DNA from: an uncultured cyanobacterium
Lineage (GTDB): Bacteria > Cyanobacteriota > Cyanobacteriia > CAKZMO01
Length of the DNA stretch: 64,000 bases
Assembly: GCA_963719515.1 (NCBI GenBank)
Contig: CAVRCJ010000007.1
Span: forward strand, 96,001 to 160,000
Direction of reading: 5' to 3'
The position numbers and the translations under genes are program-made. Shown here one piece after another: positions 41,193 through 51,809 of the stretch. Positions within the stretch are counted from its first letter, which is position 1. Each line of letters begins with the position of its first letter. A model generated the notes under the pieces. The model was given only the letters and a program-made list of their open reading frames with translations. It did not search any database and had not been told where the DNA came from.

Positions 41193-43265
41193 CTAGCGCG
41201 GCTTGGTGGTCTTAGTTTTGGTTTTGGTCTTGGTGGCCCTGGGCTCCGGCTGCTTGCGGTGCTGCTTGCGATCGCCTTTGATGGTAAACAGCGGCAGCGT
41301 GAAGTGAAACTGGCTGCCCTGGCCTCGCCCTGCCGACACCGCCCAGATTTGGCCGCCCAAATTGCGGATCACCTGACGGCAAATGGCTAGCCCGAGCCCG
41401 GTCCCGCCCGCCGTGCGCCGTAGCGCTCCCTCTTCCTGGTAAAAGCGATCGAATACCGCTTCTAGGCGATTGGGCTCAATGCCGCGCCCCGTATCGGCCA
41501 CGGTCACCTCCAGCATGCCGCGCCCGTCTCTATGGGCCTCAATGCTCACCTCTCCGGGGGAGTCGGTAAACTTGCAGGCGTTGTCCAGCAGCTTCGAGAG
41601 CACCTCCACCAGCCATTCCCCATCCGCCCGCACTAGCGGCAGCCCGTCGGGCACCTGAATTCTGATGGCGGGTAGCTCCTCGTTGCGCTGCCGCGCCCGG
41701 AGGCTGCTCAGCGCCAAATCTATGCATTCTTCCACCGACAGCGCTTCCACATGCCACTGGACGCGTCCGCTCTCTAGCTGAGAGAGGGTGAGAAAATCCT
41801 GCACCAGCTTGCGCATGCGCTCGGCGTCCTCTAGGGCCGTGCTCAACATCACCTGCCGCAGCTCTAGGGGCATGTCGGGCTCGCTGGCCAGACTCTCTAA
41901 ACACACCTGAATCGTTGACAGCGGTGTCCTCAGCTCATGGCCCGTAATGGCAATCAGGTTGCTGCGGGTGCGCTCTAGGGCCTCAAACTGCTGGTTCAGA
42001 TTTTCTAGGTTAGTGTAGGCGTCGGCCTGAATCAGCGCCACCCCCAGCTGGGCGGCGATCGCTTCCACCATCTCTCGCTCGTGGAGGGTCCAACTCCGCT
42101 GAACTCTGCAGTCGTGCAGCTCAATCATGCCCATCAGCTTACCCTGATGCACCACAGGCATCAGCAGCCAGGAGAGAATTTTGAGCCGCTTGCTGGTGGC
42201 CTGGAGCGCCTTAATCTCTTTTGGGTTGTCGAGAGCAAAGGGCTGGTTTGAGCCCTTCACCGCCGCTAGACTATCGAGGGCGATCGCCTCTTGGCGCGTC
42301 ATCACCTGCCGAATTAGGGCGTTTGTTTGCAGTGGCCAGGTCTCACCGACGAGGGAGGGCAGAGCGGGCTGCGACAAAAATTCGTGCTCAATGGGCGTCG
42401 CCTCATCCTCACTGCTGCAGCTGTAGATCAGACAGCGATCGGCTTTGAGCGCTTGCCCCAGCTCTTGCACAGCAACCGAGAAAATTTGATTGGTGTCCAG
42501 CGTTTGGCGAATGGCCGACGACATGAGATTGACCAACCGCTCGCGCCGCTCTTTGAGCGCAATCGAACGGTAGGCTTTGATTAGCTTGTACTGCCCGGCC
42601 TGTAGGTAGGTCACCAGCCGCTGGGCAAATGGGTCGGGGTCGACTTCCTGTGGGCTGCCGTTGGGGAGGCTGCCGGTTTCTAGGCTGCAGACAGCGGGCT
42701 CTAGATACTGCGATCGCGCCAGGGCAATCTTCTCCGACAGCTCTGGGCGATAGCTGAGTACTCGGTTCAGCATAATGTCCGCAGCTTCCCGGCAGACCTG
42801 GGGGTTGAAGGTCCAGATTCCCTCAAAGCGCCGGGTTTGGTCCATGCTTAGGGGCAGCGATACATTGGTGTCTGCGCCGTCGGTAAGGTATCGCTCCCGA
42901 CAGACCAGACAGACGGAGTAAAGCGGGTTAATTACGATCAGATGCCACTCGCTGGTAAGCACGTCTGACGGGTCAAAGGCGACTTTCTCGTACTCGTCAG
43001 AGACGCTAGAGAAGCCCGTCTCGGGCGCGGCTAAGACGTAAACCTGATCGTTGCGCTTAGCGATGCGGAGATAGCGCTGAGCTTCCTGACGGTAGAAGCG
43101 CTCCCACTGGAAGCTAGCAATCACAAGTGAGGATGCTGACGTCGCTAAGACTTGATCCTCCATGGCGTGGGATAAGGCCGTTAGCGCAGACTTGAAATAG
43201 ACCTGGGGCCGCAGCTTCGGTATTTGCTGCAGCAGCTCTTCCAGCACGGAGACGGAGCGACTCAT
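41193..43265 (-). CDS. hik2: DICT-GAF sensor histidine kinase (Hik2 / CSK homologue)
   Basis: LRPQVYFKSALTALSHAMEDQVLA (DICT), GAF domain, GHELRTPLSTIQVCLESL, HATPase boxes. Confidence 0.85.
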   Translation of the reverse strand: MSRSVSVLEELLQQIPKLRPQVYFKSALTALSHAMEDQVLATSASSLVIASFQWERFYRQEAQRYLRIAKRNDQVYVLAAPETGFSSVSDEYEKVAFDPSDVLTSEWHLIVINPLYSVCLVCRERYLTDGADTNVSLPLSMDQTRRFEGIWTFNPQVCREAADIMLNRVLSYRPELSEKIALARSQYLEPAVCSLETGSLPNGSPQEVDPDPFAQRLVTYLQAGQYKLIKAYRSIALKERRERLVNLMSSAIRQTLDTNQIFSVAVQELGQALKADRCLIYSCSSEDEATPIEHEFLSQPALPSLVGETWPLQTNALIRQVMTRQEAIALDSLAAVKGSNQPFALDNPKEIKALQATSKRLKILSWLLMPVVHQGKLMGMIELHDCRVQRSWTLHEREMVEAIAAQLGVALIQADAYTNLENLNQQFEALERTRSNLIAITGHELRTPLSTIQVCLESLASEPDMPLELRQVMLSTALEDAERMRKLVQDFLTLSQLESGRVQWHVEALSVEECIDLALSSLRARQRNEELPAIRIQVPDGLPLVRADGEWLVEVLSKLLDNACKFTDSPGEVSIEAHRDGRGMLEVTVADTGRGIEPNRLEAVFDRFYQEEGALRRTAGGTGLGLAICRQVIRNLGGQIWAVSAGRGQGSQFHFTLPLFTIKGDRKQHRKQPEPRATKTKTKTKTTKPR

Positions 43266-43599
43266 GAACTCTAGCCGATATTCTAAAAAGCTTCGCCAAA
43301 ACCCGATACCGTCATTTCTAATGTTGTGCAAGTATTTATACCTGCAAGCATCGGACCACTGACGGTAAAACGCGAATCAGCACGGTCGATCACACGTAAC
43401 GTACCCCAACGCTCCTTTAACAATACTACGGGGATGTCCGCCTCGGATCGGTAATCATCCCCTGCAGTAGACCCAAAGACGCTCTGTTGCGAGATTCACT
43501 GAGGCGATCGCTATTGGCATTGCCTGCGGTGCTGCCAGTCTACTGGCCTATCCGAGGCTGGATGATTTGTGGCCACGTTGATACTGTAGAGTGTCTATT

Positions 43600-44358
43600 A
43601 TGTATAGCGATGACGATCTAACTGTACTGAACGCTGTCGGCGGCTTTGAGAGCCCTCTAGACCGGCTAGCGGTCCAGGATGATGGCTCCAACGAGAGTTA
43701 TCTCGATCCCGATGAGATGTTGGCGCTGTTGACCTCACCGGAAAACTCGCAGCGCATGTTGGCCGCTCGAGCCTTTTGCGAAATTCAGGACTCTCGGGCT
43801 ATTCCTTTCCTCGTACAGCTGCTTGGCGACGCCTGTCCGCTAATTCGCGTGAGTGCCGCCTACGGTTTGGGACGTAACCCCAGTCTGGACGCCGTAGAGC
43901 CCCTCGTCTGTCAGCTTCAGACTGACTGGAATGGCTACGCCCGTAAGGGGATGGTGTGGGCATTGGGCAACTGCCGCGATCGGCGATCGCTCCCGTCGTT
44001 GACCAATGCCCTGCGTACGGACATTTCTGCGGTGCGTCTATGGGCAGCGAGTGCCCTAGCCCAGATGTCGGAGATTGGCTATGACGCCATCATCGTTGCT
44101 ATCCCACCTCTTATTGAAGCGCTGCGCCAAGACCCGATTGCGGCGGTGCGCAGCAACTGCGCCTGGTCCATCGGTCAGCTCTGCCGAGAATTGCCGTCCA
44201 ATGTGGTCTATGCCACCGCTGTCGATGCATTGATTGAGGCATTTGCGGAAGATGATGACGTCGGCGTCAAGGAAGACGCACGCTCAGCGGTCCTGAAGCT
44301 AGGCGACCCTAGAGGGCTGCAGGTGATTGAAGAGGTGGAGCGGGACGGAATTTTGTAG
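43600..44358 (+). CDS. HEAT/PBS-lyase repeat protein
   Basis: Repeated VR..AA.ALG units (RVSAAYGLG, RLWAASAL, RSNCAWSIG). Confidence 0.88.
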   Translation: MYSDDDLTVLNAVGGFESPLDRLAVQDDGSNESYLDPDEMLALLTSPENSQRMLAARAFCEIQDSRAIPFLVQLLGDACPLIRVSAAYGLGRNPSLDAVEPLVCQLQTDWNGYARKGMVWALGNCRDRRSLPSLTNALRTDISAVRLWAASALAQMSEIGYDAIIVAIPPLIEALRQDPIAAVRSNCAWSIGQLCRELPSNVVYATAVDALIEAFAEDDDVGVKEDARSAVLKLGDPRGLQVIEEVERDGIL

Positions 44359-44478
44359 CCGCTTTGGGACGGCGCTGCCATATTTTCTCCCTGTTAAAGC
44401 GGCCGAAGCGGTCAGCTTGGCTGGGAGAGCGCATCAGTTGCCGCTAATATAGAGAAAACTCTTCTGAAGTAGCTCTAA

Positions 44479-44498
44479 CAATAGAAAAAACTCTATTG
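44479..44498. promoter_or_regulatory. NdhR/CcmR-type operator ATAG-N8-CTAT
   Basis: CAATAG-AAAAAACT-CTATTG has perfect palindromic arms. A degenerate copy (ATAG-AGAAAACT-CTTC) lies at 44449-44464. Confidence 0.75.
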
Positions 44499-44559
44499 AA
44501 CTAGGGCAAGACGTCAGAGTGTCAGGTGCGCCCTAGTTTCTACAAGCGAGGAAATATTA

Positions 44560-45534
44560 ATGATTCACGCGACGCTGCACCAGTTCAAAGTGTTTGAGGC
44601 GACGGCTCGCCACGGCAGCTTTACCCGAGCGGCAGAGGAGCTATTTCTCACCCAGCCGACGGTCTCTATGCAGGTTAAACAGCTGACTAAGTCTGTAGGG
44701 CTACCGCTGTTTGAGCAGGTCGGCAAGCGCCTTTATCTAACGGATGCGGGCCGGGAGCTATACACCGCCTGTCAAGACATCTTCGAGCAGCTCGACACCC
44801 TCGACATGAGAATTGCTGACCTCAAGGGCATGAAGCAAGGGCGGCTGCGCCTCGCAGTAATCACCACCGCTAAGTACTTTGTGCCTCGGCTGCTCGGTCC
44901 GTTTTGCCGGCGCTATCCCGGCATCGATATTTCTTTGACCGTGACTAATCATGAGCAGGCTATAGAGCGGCTTGCCGCCAATGAGGACGACCTCTATGTC
45001 ATGAGCCAGATTCCTCAGCATATCGACGTCAAAACCTATTCGTTTCTTGACAATCCGCTGGTGGTGCTGGCTCCCAAAAACCATCCGCTCGCTCAGCAGC
45101 GCAATATTCCCCTAAAGCGGCTGATGGATGAGCCCTTCATCATGCGGGAATCGGGGTCGGGGACGCGTCAGGCCATTTACGATCTGTTCAACAAACACAA
45201 AATTGACGTCAAAGTGCGGCTAGAGTTGGGCAGCAACGAAGCGATTAAGCAGGCGATCGCCGGCGGACTAGGGCTTTCAGTGCTCTCATGTCATACCCTG
45301 ACGCCGGAAGGAAACCTGGGGGAACTGGCCATATTAGATGTAGAAGGGTTCCCCATCAAGCGTCAGTGGTATATTGTCCACCTGTCGGGGAAACAGCTTT
45401 CGGTAGTGGCCAGTACTTTCCTGGAGTACCTGCGGGCGGAGTCGGGACAGCTTGCGGAAAGTATCGTAGCGATTCAGCAGCGGCTGCTCAATCAAGATTG
45501 TCCTGATCCAGTCTCCCCTTCGACGGCAAGATAG
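44560..45534 (+). CDS. ndhR: CbbR-type LysR regulator, most likely NdhR/CcmR (CmpR not excluded)
   Basis: ATLHQFKVFEATARHGSFTRAAEEL, TTAKYFVPRLLG, RESGSGTR, LGSNEAIKQ; upstream ATAG-N8-CTAT site. Confidence 0.7.
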   Translation: MIHATLHQFKVFEATARHGSFTRAAEELFLTQPTVSMQVKQLTKSVGLPLFEQVGKRLYLTDAGRELYTACQDIFEQLDTLDMRIADLKGMKQGRLRLAVITTAKYFVPRLLGPFCRRYPGIDISLTVTNHEQAIERLAANEDDLYVMSQIPQHIDVKTYSFLDNPLVVLAPKNHPLAQQRNIPLKRLMDEPFIMRESGSGTRQAIYDLFNKHKIDVKVRLELGSNEAIKQAIAGGLGLSVLSCHTLTPEGNLGELAILDVEGFPIKRQWYIVHLSGKQLSVVASTFLEYLRAESGQLAESIVAIQQRLLNQDCPDPVSPSTAR

Positions 45535-45646
45535 AATAGAGCGATAATCATGCCATGATTGCGATCATTGGCATGGCGGTTGCGCGATAGGTGTCTAGCG
45601 CGATTGCGGGCCTTGATCAGCAGGAACGGGAGGAATGGCGTAGTCC

Positions 45647-47713
45647 ATGGGTAAGGTTGTTGGAATTGATTTAGGAACAACAAACTCAGTTGTCGCTGCG
45701 ATGGAAGGCGGCAAACCGGTTGTCATTGCCAACGCCGAGGGTATGCGCACCACCCCATCAGTGGTGGCCTTTAGTAAAGAGGGTGAACTGCTTGTGGGGC
45801 AAATGGCCCGCCGTCAGGCTGTCCTCAACCCGCAGAACACTTTCTTTGGCGTCAAGCGCTATATCGGTCGCCGCTATGTGGAGCTGTCCCCCGAATCCAA
45901 GCGGGTGCCCTATACTCTGCGTCGTGACGACGACAATCAAATCAAGATTGCCTGCCCCCGGCTTAAAAAAGAGTTTTTTCCAGAAGAGCTCTCGGCCATG
46001 GTGCTCCGTAAGCTGGCCAATGAGGCGGAGCGCTATTTGGGCGAAGAGGTGACGGGAGCCGTGGTTACGGTGCCCGCCTACTTTGACGATGCCCAGCGGC
46101 AGGCCACCCGCGACGCCGGACGAATTGCCGGGCTGGAGGTGAAGCGAATTATCAATGAGCCCACGGCGGCGGCGCTTGCCTACGGACTCGAGCGAAAAGA
46201 CTACCGGCGCATCCTGGTGTTTGACCTGGGGGGCGGCACTTTCGACGTGTCGATTTTAGAGCTAGACAACGGCGTCTTTGAGGTGAAGGCCACCAACGGC
46301 GATACCCAGCTGGGGGGCACCGATTTTGACCGCCGCATTGTCGACTGGCTGGCCGAGCAGTTTTTAGAAGCAGAAAAGATTGACCTGCGTCGCGATCGCC
46401 AAGCGCTGCAGCGGCTGTTAGAGGCGGCAGAGAAAGCGAAAATTGAGCTATCTGGCGTCACGGCCACCGAAATTAGCCTGCCGTTCATTACCGCCACCGC
46501 CGATGGCCCCAAGCACCTAGAAGCCCGGCTGACGCGCTCTCAGTTTGAGGGGCTGTGCGGGGATTTGATCAGCCGGCTGCAGGTGCCGCTGCAGCAGTCG
46601 CTGGCCGATGCAGCCCTTTCCTCTGGGCAAATTGACGAGGTCGTGCTGGTGGGGGGCGCAAGCCGTATGCCCATGGCCCAGGCGCTGGTAAACTCTCTGC
46701 TGGAATGCCCGACCTCCCAAAACGTCAACCCTGACGAGGTAGTAGCCATAGGCGCAGCTATTCAGGCCGGGGTGCTCAACCAAGACATCAAAGACATTCT
46801 CCTGCTGGACGTCACGCCCCTATCGATTGGTCTTGAAACCATCGGCGGCGTGATGAAAAAGCTGATTCCCCGCAACACCACCATCCCGGTACGCCGCTCA
46901 GACCTATTTTCCACCGCCGAGGACAACCAGACCTTCGTGGAAGTGCATGCAGTACAGGGAGAGCGGGAAATGGCGACCGACAACAAGACTCTAGGCCGCT
47001 TTAAGCTGATGGGCATTCCCCCCGCCCCTCGAGGTATCCCCCAAATTGCCGTATCTCTCGACATTGACGCCAACGGCATTTTGCAGATTGTCGCGGTGGA
47101 TAAAACCACAGGGCGGGAGCAGGGGCTCACCATTCAGGGAGCCTCTAACCTCAGCGACAGCGAAATTAACCGCATGCTTAAAGAAGCGCAAAAGTACGCT
47201 GACTACGACCGGGAACGCCGCGATCGCATCGAAAAGCGCAACAAGGCCGAGGCCCTCACCTTTCAGGCGGAGCGGAATCTGCGGGAGGTGGCCCTCGACT
47301 TCGGGATGCAGTTCGCCAATCAGTACCGGCGGCGCATCGAGTCGCTTATTGGGGAGCTGCGGGACTACCTTAAGCAAGATGACGAGCGGGGCATTGACAT
47401 TGCCCAGGCCGATCTGCAGGATGCCCTCTATGAACTTAATCAGGAGGTCTACCAGGTTACCCAGCGCGATGAAGAGGACGATGGCATTCTGGGCACCATC
47501 AAGCGCACCATCGTCGGCGAGCCCGACTTCTACGACGAGCCTTTTCCCCAAAGGGGCCGCGATCGCTACCCCGCCAACTACGACGATTACTACGACAAGC
47601 CCCGCACTAAGTACCGGCGACCTTACGATGACGGCGGCGGCGCTCCCCCCCCTCGCCGCGATCGCTATTCCGGCAGCTATGACGATTGGGATGACGACGA
47701 CGACTGGCTCTAG
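45647..47713 (+). CDS. dnaK: Molecular chaperone DnaK (DnaK3 type)
   Basis: [31 protein letters not shown] and the acidic tail WDDDDDWL are typical of cyanobacterial DnaK3. Confidence 0.95.
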   Translation: MGKVVGIDLGTTNSVVAAMEGGKPVVIANAEGMRTTPSVVAFSKEGELLVGQMARRQAVLNPQNTFFGVKRYIGRRYVELSPESKRVPYTLRRDDDNQIKIACPRLKKEFFPEELSAMVLRKLANEAERYLGEEVTGAVVTVPAYFDDAQRQATRDAGRIAGLEVKRIINEPTAAALAYGLERKDYRRILVFDLGGGTFDVSILELDNGVFEVKATNGDTQLGGTDFDRRIVDWLAEQFLEAEKIDLRRDRQALQRLLEAAEKAKIELSGVTATEISLPFITATADGPKHLEARLTRSQFEGLCGDLISRLQVPLQQSLADAALSSGQIDEVVLVGGASRMPMAQALVNSLLECPTSQNVNPDEVVAIGAAIQAGVLNQDIKDILLLDVTPLSIGLETIGGVMKKLIPRNTTIPVRRSDLFSTAEDNQTFVEVHAVQGEREMATDNKTLGRFKLMGIPPAPRGIPQIAVSLDIDANGILQIVAVDKTTGREQGLTIQGASNLSDSEINRMLKEAQKYADYDRERRDRIEKRNKAEALTFQAERNLREVALDFGMQFANQYRRRIESLIGELRDYLKQDDERGIDIAQADLQDALYELNQEVYQVTQRDEEDDGILGTIKRTIVGEPDFYDEPFPQRGRDRYPANYDDYYDKPRTKYRRPYDDGGGAPPPRRDRYSGSYDDWDDDDDWL

Positions 47714-47792
47714 ATCTGGGCTGATCTAGACGTCAATCTAGACTTTGAGGGTGCCGTAGAGGATGTATTACCGCTAAGCTGTTAGCTCATTC

Positions 47793-48773
47793 ATGCAGAA
47801 TTTTCGCAATTATTACGACATTCTGGGCGTCTCTCAGGCCGCCACCGCAGAGGAAATTAAATCAGCCTATCGAAAACTGGCTCGGCGCTACCACCCTGAT
47901 CTCAACCCCGGAGATGCCGCTGCCGAAGAGTCCTTCAAGGAAATCGGAGAAGCCTATGAAATTCTCTTTGATCCTGAAAGGCGCACTCAGTACGATCAGT
48001 TCAGCCGCTTCTGGCGGCAAAAAGGTTTTGCAGAATCTCGGCGCAGGCGCAGCAGCGCCGATCCAGACTTTAGCCAATTCCAGGACTTTGATACCTTTGT
48101 CGACCAGCTGCTCAATCGGCGGGGTGGGTCAGCCCCCAGCAATCGACGGCGCACCGTTCGCAGCGCTACTCCAGCAGATGCCAAGGCCTCTCCCCGCCGC
48201 GATCCCTACGAGCCCAAGCGCACCAAGAAAGCCTATACGATCAGCGCTCCCGCCCGCGGGCAGAAGGAGGATACTGACGCGCAGCTCATCCTGCCCCTAG
48301 AAAAGGCTTACCGAGGGGGTCCCGAGCGCATCCGTCTTGAAACGGGTCAGCGCCTCGAAATCACCTTGCCTTCCGGCGTGCGGGATAAGCAGCGGATTAA
48401 ATTTGCCCGTCAGGGCCTCAATGGGGGGGATCTGATCTTGCATGTGAACGTCGCGGCTCATTCGCTGTTTCGGCTAGTGGGGCAAGACGTGGTTTGTGCG
48501 ATTCCGGTGACGCCGAGCGAAGCCGTCTTGGGGGGTACCATCGCTGTTCCAACCCTAGATGGCCCTGTTAAGATGACGATTCCAGCCGGCATTTTCTCAG
48601 GTCAGCGCCTGCGGCTAGCCCGGAAAGGCTACCCAACCGAATCGGGGCGCGGAGACCAAATTGTAGAGCTTTGCATTACGCTTCCTAAGGCTATCAGCGC
48701 TCAGGAACAGGCGCTCTACGTAAAGCTTCGCCGCTTGGAGGCAGATCCCCGGACTCATTTACTGAACCCCTAG
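47793..48773 (+). CDS. dnaJ: DnaJ-class co-chaperone (J domain + C-terminal domain, no zinc finger)
   Basis: YYDILGV, HPD motif; follows dnaK3. Confidence 0.88.
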   Translation: MQNFRNYYDILGVSQAATAEEIKSAYRKLARRYHPDLNPGDAAAEESFKEIGEAYEILFDPERRTQYDQFSRFWRQKGFAESRRRRSSADPDFSQFQDFDTFVDQLLNRRGGSAPSNRRRTVRSATPADAKASPRRDPYEPKRTKKAYTISAPARGQKEDTDAQLILPLEKAYRGGPERIRLETGQRLEITLPSGVRDKQRIKFARQGLNGGDLILHVNVAAHSLFRLVGQDVVCAIPVTPSEAVLGGTIAVPTLDGPVKMTIPAGIFSGQRLRLARKGYPTESGRGDQIVELCITLPKAISAQEQALYVKLRRLEADPRTHLLNP

Positions 48774-48806
48774 GATGGCTCAGCGGCTGTATCGCTCAGC
48801 GAAGGC

Positions 48807-48931
48807 GTGGCCTAGCGCGCATGGCCCAGAGTATATGGCCAAATGTATATGGCCCAGAGTATATGGCAAATGTGGATGGCTCAATGTCCACAGCCCAGAG
48901 CGTATAGCTCAGAGTGTAGGACTCAAAAGGC
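48807..48931 (+). repeat. Degenerate 14-bp tandem array (~9 units)
   Basis: ATGGCCCAGAGTAT ATGGCCAAATGTAT ATGGCCCAGAGTAT ATGGC-AAATGTGG ATGGCTCAATGTCC ACAGCCCAGAGCGT ATAGCTCAGAGTGT, with more divergent units on both sides. Confidence 0.8.
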
Positions 48932-49069
48932 GAGGCCGTGAAGCCTTGCAGTAGTTGCTACAATTTTCAGGGGATAAGTTCAGCTCGGCCAAACGTATAC
49001 TGCCAAAGCAGCGCTTTAGATAACGCTAGGTCGGTTTGAACAAGTTGCCATACAAATCGTTGTGAGCCC

Positions 49070-49288
49070 ATGGAGGTACCGATGGAACCTGCTCAGGTCA
49101 ATTGTGCTGTTGACTGCGTTAACGGCTGCGTCTTAGGAGAGAACTGTCCAAACTTAGAACATAAAGAGCGGGCAGCAGACTTCATTCAGCAGACGTCTCT
49201 TGACGATATGCTTGCGATCGCCGACGAGGCGGTCAAGAAGAAAATGACTGAACCCCCAAAGTGGGTGTTTCCAGAGGATGGGATTTAG
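49070..49288 (+). CDS. Small Cys-rich conserved hypothetical protein
   Basis: NCAVDCVNGCVLGENCPN; GGAGG precedes the ATG at 49082 (alternative start). Confidence 0.75.
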   Translation: MEVPMEPAQVNCAVDCVNGCVLGENCPNLEHKERAADFIQQTSLDDMLAIADEAVKKKMTEPPKWVFPEDGI

Positions 49289-49317
49289 GGCCAGAGATTG
49301 GAAGTAACGGACGACTC

Positions 49318-50103
49318 TTACGGGTCAGAGCGTAGAGTTTGCTGAGGAGACAGCACAGCGCTCATCTCGTCTAGGCCTCGCTGAATCCTGCGGGTTACGG
49401 TCATGGGGCTAACGCCAATTCGCTCAGCAACGTCTTTGCGGGACATGCCCTTTAAAAACACGGCCTCGATGATCGTGCGGGTTTTTCCTTCCAGCTGACC
49501 TAGCGCCCGGTGAATGAGCTGCCGGTCCTCTTCTAGACGCTGGAGGACTTGATAGTCCAAATCGGGCAGGGTATCCCCTAGGGTGATGGCAGAGTCTGTT
49601 TGGTGAGAGATCGTCGCGTCGAGGCTGAGGGGCGAGCGGTTCTTGATTGCCAGCCGGGCTTCTCGCCATTCGCCAACGGAAACGCCAAGCGCCTCGACGA
49701 CCTCTTGCTCTAAAGGCTGGCGGCCCAGCTCCTTCGCGAGTCGCGCCTGCTGCTTTTGCCCTTCCTTCTGTAGATCCTGCCAGCGGCGGGGCACTCTAAC
49801 AGCACTACCGCGATCGCGCAGGAAGTGCAGCATCTCGCCCCGGATGTAGGGGACGGCGAAGGAGCTGAAGGCGCAGCCTTGGGTGGGGTCGAAGCGCTCG
49901 ATAGCCCGAATCAGGCCGATGTGGCCGATCTGCTCTAGATCTTCGTAGGGCTCGGCGCACTGATGGCTAATGCGGTGGGCAATCTTGCGAACCAGGCCCG
50001 TATTGAGTCGGACAAGCCGGTTGCGCAGCTCTGTGGTTGGGTTCTGGTGGTAGGCCATCAAGAGCTCCATGCTCTTAGTGCGGACAGAGGAGAGAGTCGC
50101 CAT
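49318..50103 (-). CDS. sigF: RNA polymerase sigma factor SigF
   Basis: LRNRLVRLNTGLVRKIAH, EPYEDLEQIG, FAVPYIRGEMLHFLRD, GVSPMTVTRR. Confidence 0.92.
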   Translation of the reverse strand: MATLSSVRTKSMELLMAYHQNPTTELRNRLVRLNTGLVRKIAHRISHQCAEPYEDLEQIGHIGLIRAIERFDPTQGCAFSSFAVPYIRGEMLHFLRDRGSAVRVPRRWQDLQKEGQKQQARLAKELGRQPLEQEVVEALGVSVGEWREARLAIKNRSPLSLDATISHQTDSAITLGDTLPDLDYQVLQRLEEDRQLIHRALGQLEGKTRTIIEAVFLKGMSRKDVAERIGVSPMTVTRRIQRGLDEMSAVLSPQQTLRSDP

Positions 50104-50329
50104 AACTGAAAACCTTGACTGTGTTGCACCTATTCTCTTCAGTTTTCGGCATACGGAGCAGCGTCATTTCACGGTAATGCTTCAGAAAGATTTATAGGGT
50201 TTCCGCAGATATACCGATTTGTTTCAAAACGGTCGCCAATAGTACAATATGGAGCTGCACGGCTCGGATGAAAACGGTAGGCTCGAAAAAGGCGTCTGTG
50301 TTAGGGCAGTCTTGAGGATTATAGATTCC

Positions 50330-51452
50330 ATGTTAGACACAACAGAATTAAAGCGCGAGACGGAACTGTTGGCAGAGCGCCTGGGCAAAGCCCAGGACTA
50401 TCTTTGACGTTCCTGCTCTGTCGGCAAAAATTCAGGATTTAGAGGCGCTTGCGACCCAGCCAGACTTCTGGGATGAGCAGTCTACCGCTCAGCAGACGCT
50501 GCAAACTCTGACCGATCTAAAGTCCAGTCTTCAACAGGTGAAAGACTGGCGAACTCAGCTTGACGACGCGGAGGCGGCGCTGGAGCTTCTTGAGATGGAG
50601 GCCGACGCCGCGCTAGAGGAAGAGGTTAGTCAAACGACGCAGCGCCTGGATCGGGAGCTAGAGCAGTGGGAACTCCAGCAGCTGTTGTCAGCGCCTTATG
50701 ACAAGCACGGCGCTACCCTGAGCATCAACGCTGGGGCCGGCGGAACAGACGCCCAGGATTGGGCTGAAATGCTGTTGCGAATGTACACCCGGTGGGCCGA
50801 GCAGCATCGCTTTCGCGTTAGCTTAGCTGAGATCTCGGAGGGGGAAGAGGCCGGCGTCAAGTCAGCGACCCTTGAAATTGAGGGGCGCTACGCCTATGGC
50901 TACTTGAAAAGCGAGAAGGGTACCCATCGGCTGGTGCGCATCTCCCCCTTCAACGCCAACGGCAAGCGGCAGACCAGCTTTGCTGGGGTGGAGGTGATGC
51001 CCATTTTAGATACCTCTATCGATCTCGACATTCCCGAAAAGGATCTGGAAATTACCACCTCTCGCTCTGGCGGTAAGGGGGGGCAAAACGTCAACAAGGT
51101 GGAAACTGCCGTCCGGATCGCTCACCTGCCTACGGGACTGGCCGTTCGCTGCACCCAGGAGCGATCGCAGCTGCAAAATAAGGAAAAGGCGATGGCCCTG
51201 CTTAAGGCCAAGCTGTTGATCATTGCCGAAGAGCAGCAGACTCAGCGGATTGCTGACATCCGAGGAGATATGGTAGAAGCCGCCTGGGGAAATCAAATCC
51301 GCAACTACGTATTTCACCCTTACCAGATGGTCAAAGACCTTCGGACCCAGGTGGAAACCACCGCCGTAACCGACGTGATGGACGGCGAGCTCGATCCCTT
51401 TATCGAGTCATACCTACGGCAAGATACAGCAGTTTCTGAGACAACGCTCTAG
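50330..51452 (+). CDS. prfB: Peptide chain release factor 2, with programmed +1 frameshift at CTT TGA C (50402-50408)
   Basis: ATG 50330 opens [29 protein letters not shown]. The +1 frame continues [13 protein letters not shown]...SPF...GGQ. Confidence 0.97.
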
Positions 51453-51518
51453 CATTTTGCAGTTCCGTTTGGTTTTGAGACGGCTTGGCTTGTTAAGCTA
51501 TTGTTACAGTCACAGATT

Positions 51519-51755
51519 ATGGCCATGCCCAATCCAGATACTGCTCCAGTTTCCCCCTCAGAGTCCCCCGTATCTCAGCAGTCCCCTGACTCAGAGCCCC
51601 AGCCTGCCGCGACGCCTGCTGAACCGCCCCCGAGCTATGTAAAGCTTGCCATGCGCAATATGGTGCGCAAGGGCGGCACATCGCTGTTCCACTTTGCGCT
51701 GACGGCCAGTGCGCTGATAGGGGTGCTGATTGGGCTGTCTTACCTAACGCGGTAG
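51519..51755 (+). CDS. DUF3285-like small membrane protein
   Basis: PSYVKLAMRNMVRKGGTSLFHFALT; lies between prfB and ybeY. Confidence 0.82.
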   Translation: MAMPNPDTAPVSPSESPVSQQSPDSEPQPAATPAEPPPSYVKLAMRNMVRKGGTSLFHFALTASALIGVLIGLSYLTR

Positions 51756-51809
51756 TTTGACCAAGTCACTTTCTGACTTAGGCGAGCGTCAGCCGGAAGG
51801 CGGTGCGGC

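Noticed and set aside
23560..43265. A circadian/signalling gene cluster (cikA-like, rpaA, hik2)
   Set aside because: The genes are separated by many unrelated housekeeping genes in different orientations, so co-location is probably incidental.
48807..48931. Possible CRISPR array
   Set aside because: Units are 14 bp and contiguous with no unique spacers, and there are no cas genes.
50330..50537. prfB as a truncated gene or pseudogene
   Set aside because: The canonical CTT TGA C programmed frameshift explains the break.
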